Below, one piece after another: positions 53,645-61,379 of a stretch of DNA of 64,000 nt (the stretch's first letter is position 1; every line of letters starts with the position of its first letter). The notes under the pieces are model-generated. The model did no database searches. It worked only from the letters and a program-made list of their open reading frames with translations, and was not told where the DNA came from. The position numbers were made by a program, and so were the translations under genes. The stretch spans positions 5,927 through 69,926 of the forward strand of contig CAYQRM010000112.1 of NCBI GenBank assembly GCA_964419785.1, in the 5' to 3' direction. The DNA comes from an uncultured Solibacteraceae bacterium. Its GTDB lineage: Bacteria > Acidobacteriota > Vicinamibacteria > Vicinamibacterales > SCN-69-37.

Positions 53645-53935
53645 GTGGCGCCAAAAACACTGCCCGGTGAAGCGTTGGGCCTGATCGAAACGCGCGGCTT
53701 CGTCGGCATGATCGAAGCGACGGACGCGATGGTGAAGACCGCCAACGTCGTCTTCGTCGGCTGGCAGAAAGTCGACGCCGGCCTCGTGACCGCGATCGTT
53801 CGCGGTGACGTGGCTTCAGTGAAGGCCGCGACCGACGCCGGCGCCGCCGCCGCACGCAAGGTCGGCGAGCTCGTCGGCGTGCATGTCATTCCGAGACCCG
53901 TCGAGGGGCTCGGGGACATCTTCCCGATCGATTAG
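53645..53935 (+). CDS. bacterial microcompartment shell protein, BMC-H (PduA/EutM/CcmK family)
   Basis: 96 aa. [77 protein letters not shown] is near-colinear with remembered PduA. GTG start 12 nt after the preceding stop. Confidence 0.9.
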   Translation: MAPKTLPGEALGLIETRGFVGMIEATDAMVKTANVVFVGWQKVDAGLVTAIVRGDVASVKAATDAGAAAARKVGELVGVHVIPRPVEGLGDIFPID

Positions 53936-53995
53936 ACACAAGAACTCCGCGTCAAAATAAGAAGTCCCGGCGAACTGAGAGGACTTCGAGCGCTC

Positions 53996-56641
53996 CTATC
54001 TCCCGTATATCGCCGCGTTGAAGATGACGCGAAACGTCCCGAACGGCTGCCCGCGCCACTGCGGGCGGAAGCCGAGCAGGACGACGTGGCCGTCGCCGAG
54101 CGGGATGTCGAGCGCGGCGGCTTTGCCGTGCAGGTAGTTCTCGCCGAGCATGTAGCCTGAGGCGAGCGGCGATCCGGTGTCCGCGTATTTCGCAAGCACC
54201 GCGCCGTTGAATCCTGGCTGCGGATCGAAAACCGGGCCACCGTCATAGAACACCGCGGCGGTCTCTGGCATGCCCGACATGACGCGCTGCGATCGATCGA
54301 CCTGCACGTTCAGCAGCGAGATCCCCGTGAAGAACTGCGTGCGATTCAGGCCCGCGACCGCGTTTGCGACCGGCAGGTGGAGCTGATCGATCACCGACGT
54401 GCTGCTGCGGTTGAAGCAGACGAGCGTGCCGCCCGCGCGCACGAAGCCGTCGATCGCTCTGACGCGATCTTCGGTGCCGGGCGCAGGAGCTGGCGCCCCG
54501 CCCCGGCCGCCCGCGCCACCGCCACCACCGCGCCCGCCGCCGCGGCCGCCGCCGCCGAACGGACCGCCGCCCTCGTCGGTCACGATGAGCACGTCGAGCT
54601 TGTCGCGCAGGTGGCCCGCTTGAATGTCCTCGGCGCTCACGCGCGCGTACTCGAAGCCGTACTGATCGAGCACCCAGCGCGTCCAGCCCTCGTCCATGCT
54701 CGTCGGCGCGTTGAAGACGCCGAGGCGCGGCTTCTTCACAGAGGTGCCGGTCGCGTTCACGCGCTCAGCCTGGAGCGCGAACATCTTCACGAGCTCGTCC
54801 TGATCGGCCGGCGCGAGACCGTTGATCAGGTACTTGCCGCTCGCGTACTGCACGTCGAGGCCGGCCTTCCACGCGCGATTGAGCGCGCGGAATGTGTTGT
54901 TCTGCGCCGGATCGAGCGCGAGCGCCGTGCCAGATCCGCTGATCTTGCCGGCCGGTGGAACGACCGCGGCCGCGTTGGGACTCGCGTCGAAGCCGATGCC
55001 AGGCACGCTGTCGAATGTCGCCGCGTCGTTCGACGCGGTCAAGTTGTATGGTGTCGGCTTCGCCTTCGGATCGGGTAGCGGCCCGAGCAGCTTCATCTTC
55101 GCTCGCACGTCGGGCGCGAGCGGCTGCTGAATCGCGGTGACGGTGACGCCCATCGACAGGGGCAGCGTCCATCCGGCCGCGTCGTAGGGCTGGTTGAGCG
55201 GCGCGGTCGGCGTCGCGCGCACGTCCGGGTACGCCTGCGGATCGAGCACCTCGCGTGCGAGCGCGGCGAATTCCTGATCGGTCGGGATGACCCACGCCCC
55301 CGCCGGCGCGTCGAGCGCGTCAGCCGTCAGCTGATACACGCGCACGCCCGCGAATGCGAGACGACGCAACAGCTCGACCGCGGCGACCGGGTCGCGCTGC
55401 GATTGCGGCACAAGATACGCGTACGGCGCTGTCGATTTGCCCTGCGCGATCTGGGCGGCGCCAGCTTGATATCGCCCGTAGAGCAGCGACTCCTTGTACT
55501 TCGCCGCGTAGCCAAGCACCGACAGCGCCGCCGTCTCGTCGTATTCGACGGCATTTCGCAAATGCCACTCGCCGCCCGGGTACGGATCGGTGTAGAGCGC
55601 TTTCGGCTGCTTCTGCGCGTCGCTCGCGGTCACGTTGCTTGGAATCGCCGACGCGCCGGCTGTCTCCGTCCAGAATGACGGGATGTTCTTGAAGATCGGG
55701 TTGTAGTCGATATATCCCGGATACCACGCGTCGTACGTGTCGAGCATGTGCACCGCGCCGGGCTGATTATGCTGCGCGAGCCCCTGCGCGATCGCCATGC
55801 CGATCATGTTCACCTCACCCGACGGAATCGGCGGCGCGTGCAGCGCGATCGGTTCGGCGAACGGCGGCAGCCAGATCCGGTACGGATTCGGCGGCGCCTG
55901 GTGCAGCACGTAGACGAGGTTCGGTTCCCAGTCGCGCCACGTGTGCTCCATGACGCGCGACTCGAACATATTCAGCATGTAGGCGTCGCGGTTGTTGTCG
56001 TGGCCGACGAACTCCTGATAGAGGTACGGCATCTGCGGCTGCTGCGCGCGCGGATTTGCCGGATCGACGTGCTGCATAAACCAGTCGGTCACCATCTGCA
56101 TGCCGTCGGGATTGATCGTCGGCCACAGCATGAAGATGACGTTGTCGAAGATCTCCTTCATCTCCGGCTGATCGGCTTTCGACATCAAGTCGTACAAGAG
56201 CAGTGGAGTCTGCTGCGGGCCCGCGATCTCGGTTGCGTGCAGCCCGCCGTCGATGTGCACGAACGCCTTGCCCTCGCGCGCGAGCGTGTGCGCTTCGGCG
56301 TCCGTCAGGCCCTCAGGATGCGCGAGCCGACGCGCGATCTCCCTGTAATGATCGACCTTCGCAAGGTTCTCCTTCGACGAGATCAGCGCGAACCAGTACG
56401 TCCGGCCCTGCGTCGTCTTTCCCGCCTGAACCATCCTCATGCGATCGGGCGCAGCCGCGCGGACTTTCTGGAAGTAGCTCACGGCCTGGTCGTACGTCGC
56501 GAGCTTGAAGTCGGCGCCGGGCTCGAAGCCGAAGACGGACGCAGGCGTCGGAATCGATCCCGACTGGCCGCGCAAGGCGACCGGCACGACGAGGAGCGAA
56601 AGTATGAGGACTCTGGCCAGCACACGCATGGCCGAAATCAT
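53996..56641 (-). CDS. secreted M14-family zinc-carboxypeptidase-like protein with C-terminal GATase1-like domain and Gly/Arg-rich insert
   Basis: 881 aa with a signal peptide. Zn motif HIDGGLHATE (HxxE), HDNNRD block, GGGPFGGGGRGGGRGGGGGAGGRGG insert. Confidence 0.7.
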   Translation of the reverse strand: MISAMRVLARVLILSLLVVPVALRGQSGSIPTPASVFGFEPGADFKLATYDQAVSYFQKVRAAAPDRMRMVQAGKTTQGRTYWFALISSKENLAKVDHYREIARRLAHPEGLTDAEAHTLAREGKAFVHIDGGLHATEIAGPQQTPLLLYDLMSKADQPEMKEIFDNVIFMLWPTINPDGMQMVTDWFMQHVDPANPRAQQPQMPYLYQEFVGHDNNRDAYMLNMFESRVMEHTWRDWEPNLVYVLHQAPPNPYRIWLPPFAEPIALHAPPIPSGEVNMIGMAIAQGLAQHNQPGAVHMLDTYDAWYPGYIDYNPIFKNIPSFWTETAGASAIPSNVTASDAQKQPKALYTDPYPGGEWHLRNAVEYDETAALSVLGYAAKYKESLLYGRYQAGAAQIAQGKSTAPYAYLVPQSQRDPVAAVELLRRLAFAGVRVYQLTADALDAPAGAWVIPTDQEFAALAREVLDPQAYPDVRATPTAPLNQPYDAAGWTLPLSMGVTVTAIQQPLAPDVRAKMKLLGPLPDPKAKPTPYNLTASNDAATFDSVPGIGFDASPNAAAVVPPAGKISGSGTALALDPAQNNTFRALNRAWKAGLDVQYASGKYLINGLAPADQDELVKMFALQAERVNATGTSVKKPRLGVFNAPTSMDEGWTRWVLDQYGFEYARVSAEDIQAGHLRDKLDVLIVTDEGGGPFGGGGRGGGRGGGGGAGGRGGAPAPAPGTEDRVRAIDGFVRAGGTLVCFNRSSTSVIDQLHLPVANAVAGLNRTQFFTGISLLNVQVDRSQRVMSGMPETAAVFYDGGPVFDPQPGFNGAVLAKYADTGSPLASGYMLGENYLHGKAAALDIPLGDGHVVLLGFRPQWRGQPFGTFRVIFNAAIYGR

Positions 56642-56718
56642 ACAACTGAGAAAGTCAGAATTCGGAAATCAGACTCGAGGCCGGCCATCTGGCGAGAACG
56701 CCCGGGATCTCGCGGGAC

Positions 56719-57183
56719 TCATGCTCGCTTCTTGGCTTTCCGTCGCGCGCGCGCCCGGCCGTTCACGCGCTTGAGCGGCAAGCCGTCGCCTGTGATGAGG
56801 GGCTGCGTCGGATCGACGAGCAAATCGAAAATGTGACCTTGTCGCGTGCGCAGGAACAAACCGCGACCGTCCGTCAGCAAGCGCATCTCGCCGGCATCGT
56901 CGAGCGTCTCGGACAATCGACGACGGAAATAGTCGCGGAGGGTGTCCATCATCTGCCTGAGGGCCGCGGGCGCGAAACCCTGTCGCCGAAGCTCCGCGAG
57001 CGCGACAAGCTCAATCAGATCGACCGGCGAGTACCGTCGTTCGGTGAAACCGCCGGCGCTCGTCCGACGTGGCGCAATCGCGGCCAGAAAGATTCTGGCG
57101 GCGTCCCAGCCCTGGAGCTGACGGGCAGACAAACCGGTGAGCGCGGCGACTTCGCGGGCGGAGTAACTGGTTTTAAGACGCAT
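56719..57183 (-). CDS. MerR-family transcriptional regulator
   Basis: YSAREVAALTGLSARQLQGWD HTH, then RRYSPVDLIELVALAELRRQG. ATG 57183 is preferred over TTG 57201. Confidence 0.7.
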   Translation of the reverse strand: MRLKTSYSAREVAALTGLSARQLQGWDAARIFLAAIAPRRTSAGGFTERRYSPVDLIELVALAELRRQGFAPAALRQMMDTLRDYFRRRLSETLDDAGEMRLLTDGRGLFLRTRQGHIFDLLVDPTQPLITGDGLPLKRVNGRARARRKAKKRA

Positions 57184-57194
57184 CGAAGGCTTCA

Positions 57195-57270
57195 GGCCCA
57201 AGGAAGATTAGCGCAAGGCGAGCTCAAGCGCCGCTGGGGCCTGTGGCCTCTCGCCTGGGGCCTGATCCGG
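57195..57270. repeat. second copy of the GGCCCAAGG...AGCTCAA...CTGGGGCCTG element
   Basis: ggcccaagg...agctcaag...ctggggcctgtggcct...cctggggcctg. Same block order as 17193-17262. Confidence 0.6.
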
Positions 57271-57271
57271 C

Positions 57272-57571
57272 CTATTTCAAGAATTTCTGCGCAACCGTAT
57301 CCGCCTGCTTCGCGCCCGCGAGATCCTTTTCGGTGACGCCACCGGCATCGTGCGTGCTCCAGCGCACGGTCACGCGCTTGTAGTTGATGCCGAGATCGGG
57401 ATGATGATCCGCAGCTTCGGCTTCGAACGCGAGGCGCGTCGTGAACGCGATCGCGTCGGGAAACGATCCGAACGTGAACTCGCGCACGATCGCGTCGCCG
57501 TCGCGGCGCCAGCCCGGGCGACTCGACAGTCCCGCGGTGATGTCCTGGTCCGAGAGTTTTCCATCTTTCAT
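57272..57571 (-). CDS. phhB: 4a-hydroxytetrahydrobiopterin dehydratase (PCD/DCoH)
   Basis: 99 aa. FPDAIAFTTRLAFEAEAADHHPDLGINYKRVTVRWSTH is the PCD signature. Confidence 0.85.
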   Translation of the reverse strand: MKDGKLSDQDITAGLSSRPGWRRDGDAIVREFTFGSFPDAIAFTTRLAFEAEAADHHPDLGINYKRVTVRWSTHDAGGVTEKDLAGAKQADTVAQKFLK

Positions 57572-57704
57572 GACCAGATCTTAGTGCGGGCACTGGTCCG
57601 GGCGCTGTGGGACAAAGGACTGATGGACGTCCGCGGACTGTCCGCCACCGGACACCCCGTGTTCGCCAACCTTCGTCGTCAAACTTCCATCTAAGATCAT
57701 CGTC

Positions 57705-60140
57705 ATGCTCGACCTTCGCCATGCGTTCCGGGTGCTCGCGAAGAACTTCAGCGCGAGCGCGATCATCGTCTTCACGCTCGCGCTGGCGATCGGCGCGACC
57801 ACGGCCATCTTCAGCGTCGTCTACGGCGTTCTGCTGCAGCCGTTGCCGTATCCGAATCCGGATCGTCTCGTCGCGATCTCGGAGGTCAATCATCGCGGCG
57901 GCCTCTCCCGGCTCGCCGATCCGAACTTTGACGATTTCCGCGATCGCAATCGGACGATGAGCGCGATGGCGAAGTACACGGCCTACACGGTCTCGGTCTC
58001 GGGCGGATCGGAGCCGACGCGCAGCCTGGTTGGCATCGTATCGAAGGATTTCTTCAACGTGATGGGCGTGACGCCGGCGATTGGCCGCGCGTTCGCGTCC
58101 GATGATTTGCACGTCGGCGCGGTGCCGACGGTCGTCGTCAGTCATCGCTATTGGACGGAGCGTCTGGGCGGGGCGACGCAACTCTCGTCGCTCGTGCTGA
58201 ACATGGAGAATCGCTCGTACGTCGTGATCGGCGTGATGCCCGCGGGATTTCAATTTCCGGCGAACGTCGACCTGTGGGCGCCGGCCGAGCTCGATACCGA
58301 AAATCACAGTCGTACGTCGCACAACTTTTACGGCGTCGGACGCCTGCGCGATGGCACGACCGTCGGGCAGGCCATCGGCGACCTCAGCGCGATCGCGAAG
58401 GACATCGTGCGTCACTCGGACGAGCAGGGCGACTACTTGATGGTCGATGCGATGGCGGTGCCGCTCCAGACGTCGCTCACCGGACGCGTCGGCTCGACGC
58501 TGTACGTGCTGCTCGGCGCGGTGTTCTTCCTGCTCCTCGTGGCGTGTGCGAACGTCACGAACCTGTTGCTGTCGCAGGCCGCCGCGCGCAGCCGCGAACT
58601 GGCGATCCGTCACGCGCTCGGCGCCGGACGCGGGCGGCTGATTCGTCAATTCATCGCCGAGGCGTTCCTGCTGCTCGCCGCGGGATGCGGCGTGGGGATG
58701 CTCGTCGCGTCCGCGGGCATCAGCGCGCTCCTCGCGCTTGCGCCAACCGATCTGCCGAGGCTCGACGACGTCTCGTTGAGCTGGCCGGTGTTGAGCTTCG
58801 CGATGGGCCTCTCGGCGCTTGTCGCCGTTGCGCTTGGCTTTCTCACCGCTGCACGCGCGACTCGCCGCGATCCGCGCGAGACGCTCGCCGACGGCACGCG
58901 CGGCCAGGTCGGGGCGTCGAGCCAGCGCGCGGGCCGCGCCATCGTCGCCGCGCAAATCGCGATCACCGTCGTGCTGCTGGTTGGTGCGGCGCTGCTGGGC
59001 CGGAGCTTGCTGCGCGTGCTGGACGTGAACCCGGGCTTCCGTACGGACGGCATCATCGCGATGAACCTCGATCTGCCGGGCTCGGATGATCCGGCGGCGA
59101 AAGAAAAACTCCCGACGTTCTACGGCGACATCTTCGACCGGCTTGGCGCGATTCCTGGCGTCGAGGACGTTGCCGCGGCGAATGCCGTGCCGATGGATGG
59201 CGGATTGCCCGACGGGATGTTCGCGGTCATCGCGCCGCAGGAGGTTCCGGCGAAGATGAGCGACCTCGGCGTGCTCTTCCAGCAGAAGGAGCGCACGGGG
59301 ACAGCGGATTACTGCGCGGTGTCACCGGCGTACTTCCACGCGCTCGGCATTCCGCTCGTGCGCGGCCGGCTCTTCGACGATCGCGATCAGCGGAACACGC
59401 CGCACGTCGCGGTGATCAGCGAGTCGCTCGCGCGGGCGCGGTGGCCCGGCGAAGATCCGCTCGGCCGCACGGTCGAGTTCGGCAACATGGACGGCGACCT
59501 TCGCCTCCTCACCATCGTCGGCATCGTCGGCGACACGCGTGAGTACGGGCTCGAGCAGCCGCCCCAGCCGACGCTGTACGTCGATTTGATGCAGCGGCCG
59601 CGATTCCAGACGACAGTCGTGATTCGGACGAGCGCCGATCCGCGGGCGATCACGACCGCGGCGCGCGGCGTGCTGCACGAGCTCGCGCCGAACGTGCCGC
59701 CGCGTTTCCGGACGTTCACGCAGATCTACTCGGCGTCGCTCGGCGCGCGGCGATTCAATCTGACCCTGATTGCCGTGTTCGCGGCCACGGCGCTCATTCT
59801 CGCGGTGGCTGGCATCTACGGCGTCATGGCGTACAACGTCACGCGTCGGCGACGAGAGATCGGCGTGCGGATCGCGCTCGGTGCGAGCGCGCTCGACGTG
59901 CTACGCGTTGTGCTCGGCCAGGGACTCGTGACGATTGGCGTGGGTCTTGGCGCGGGTATTCTCGGTGCATTCGCGCTGACGCGCGGTCTGCAGTCGCTGC
60001 TCTTCGGCGTCACACCGACGGACCCGGCTGCGTTTGTCGCCGTCGTGGTCGGCCTGGCCGCGGTCGCGACGCTCGCGTGCTACATCCCCGCAAGACGCGG
60101 CACGCGCGTGAATCCCGTCGAAGCGCTGCGGCAGGAATAG
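57705..60140 (+). CDS. ADOP-family duplicated orphan permease (MacB/FtsX-like ABC permease, no adjacent ATPase)
   Basis: 811 aa. N-terminus LRHAFRVLAKNFSASAIIVFTLALAIGATTAIFSVVYGVLLQPLPYPNPDRLV. Two MacB_PCD plus FtsX modules. Confidence 0.85.
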   Translation: MLDLRHAFRVLAKNFSASAIIVFTLALAIGATTAIFSVVYGVLLQPLPYPNPDRLVAISEVNHRGGLSRLADPNFDDFRDRNRTMSAMAKYTAYTVSVSGGSEPTRSLVGIVSKDFFNVMGVTPAIGRAFASDDLHVGAVPTVVVSHRYWTERLGGATQLSSLVLNMENRSYVVIGVMPAGFQFPANVDLWAPAELDTENHSRTSHNFYGVGRLRDGTTVGQAIGDLSAIAKDIVRHSDEQGDYLMVDAMAVPLQTSLTGRVGSTLYVLLGAVFFLLLVACANVTNLLLSQAAARSRELAIRHALGAGRGRLIRQFIAEAFLLLAAGCGVGMLVASAGISALLALAPTDLPRLDDVSLSWPVLSFAMGLSALVAVALGFLTAARATRRDPRETLADGTRGQVGASSQRAGRAIVAAQIAITVVLLVGAALLGRSLLRVLDVNPGFRTDGIIAMNLDLPGSDDPAAKEKLPTFYGDIFDRLGAIPGVEDVAAANAVPMDGGLPDGMFAVIAPQEVPAKMSDLGVLFQQKERTGTADYCAVSPAYFHALGIPLVRGRLFDDRDQRNTPHVAVISESLARARWPGEDPLGRTVEFGNMDGDLRLLTIVGIVGDTREYGLEQPPQPTLYVDLMQRPRFQTTVVIRTSADPRAITTAARGVLHELAPNVPPRFRTFTQIYSASLGARRFNLTLIAVFAATALILAVAGIYGVMAYNVTRRRREIGVRIALGASALDVLRVVLGQGLVTIGVGLGAGILGAFALTRGLQSLLFGVTPTDPAAFVAVVVGLAAVATLACYIPARRGTRVNPVEALRQE

Positions 60141-60187
60141 CCAAGAGCGATTTACCATCACGTAGACGTTCCGACCGTCCCTGCGCG

Positions 60188-61300
60188 CTATGCCGTTGCC
60201 CCAAATCGATCCGGCGACGTCGACGCGAGGATCGGATCGTCGACATTGTCGACGAGCGAATCCGCCACGAGCTTGGCGGTGATCGGTGCCAGCAGCACGC
60301 CGTTTCGGAAATGGCCGCTCGCCATCATCACGCGCGGCGCTCGGGCGAGCCGGCCGATTGCCGGCAGTCGATCCGGCAGCGCCGGCCGCAGTCCGACCTT
60401 CACGGCTTCGATCGACGCGCGCGCAGCCTCGGGCAGGAGCGCGCTCACCGCGGCGGAGAGATCGCGAACGGCCTCGACCGTCGAATGCTCGTCGAAACCA
60501 ACTTCTTCGACCGTCGCGCCGACGAGCAGCGTTCCGTCCGACCACGGGACGGTGTAGCACGACGAGCCCCAGACGATCGGCTGAGGCAGAAGCGCCTGCG
60601 GCGGCCACTGCAAGTGCAGCAACTGTCCGCGCACCGGCCGGACGGGCGGCGGTATCGCGCCTTTGATGCGGACACGCGACGTCCAACTGCCCGCGGCCAC
60701 GACGACCACGTCCGCGTTGTACTCGCGCGCTCCCGCTCGAACAACGACGCCATCCGCGCCCGGATCGATCTCGAGGACCTCGACGACGTTCTCGAAGCTC
60801 GCGCCGGCGAAGCGCGCGCTCGTGACGAGCGCGGTCACAAGGTCTCCAACGCCGACGAACGCATGAATCGGAGTAAACAGCGCGCCCACTGACGAGCGCG
60901 TCACCGCGGGCTCGAATGCCGCCATCGCGGGTCGATCGAGCCAGCGCGCCTCGATGCCCGCGGCGTCGAGATGACGCTTGGCGACCTCGAGCTCAGCCGC
61001 TTCTGGTTCGTTCAATGCGACCTGCAGCGTGCCCGACCGCGCGTACTCGACGCGCCTGCCGCTCTCGCGCGCTGCGCGCTCGACGAACGCATCGTACAGC
61101 GCGAGGCTCCGCCGCCCGAGCTCGAGCATCGACGCTTCGCCGTGCGACTCGATGAACGGCGCCAGAATGCCGGCCGACGCCTGCGACGCACCGCGCCCGG
61201 GCGCGCGCATGTCCAGAACGGTGACTGACGCGCCGCGGTGCGCAAGCTCTTCGGCAATCGCGGCGCCGATGACGCCGGCACCGATGACTAACACGGTCAC
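60188..61300 (-). CDS. thiO: glycine oxidase / FAD-dependent DAO-family oxidoreductase
   Basis: 370 aa. VLVIGAGVIGAAIAEELAHRGASVTVLD...ASQASAGILAP. C-terminal GHFRNGVLLAP. Confidence 0.7.
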   Translation of the reverse strand: MTVLVIGAGVIGAAIAEELAHRGASVTVLDMRAPGRGASQASAGILAPFIESHGEASMLELGRRSLALYDAFVERAARESGRRVEYARSGTLQVALNEPEAAELEVAKRHLDAAGIEARWLDRPAMAAFEPAVTRSSVGALFTPIHAFVGVGDLVTALVTSARFAGASFENVVEVLEIDPGADGVVVRAGAREYNADVVVVAAGSWTSRVRIKGAIPPPVRPVRGQLLHLQWPPQALLPQPIVWGSSCYTVPWSDGTLLVGATVEEVGFDEHSTVEAVRDLSAAVSALLPEAARASIEAVKVGLRPALPDRLPAIGRLARAPRVMMASGHFRNGVLLAPITAKLVADSLVDNVDDPILASTSPDRFGATA

Positions 61301-61379
61301 AAGGACATCTTATGAACCCTCGGACTTCTCAACACGCACGGACTTCAACGAAGCCGCCTGGACCTGGGGCGGGGCGCCG

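Noticed and set aside
53961-53987. Hairpin gaagtcc-N13-ggacttc between the BMC-H gene and the convergent M14 gene, considered as a terminator
   Set aside because: The stem is only 7 bp with a 13-nt loop and no U-tract. That is too weak to call.
61301-61379. TPP riboswitch upstream of thiO
   Set aside because: The spacer is only 79 nt and lacks the CUGAGA and ACCUGAUCUGGAUAAUGCCAGC-type conserved boxes on the minus strand.
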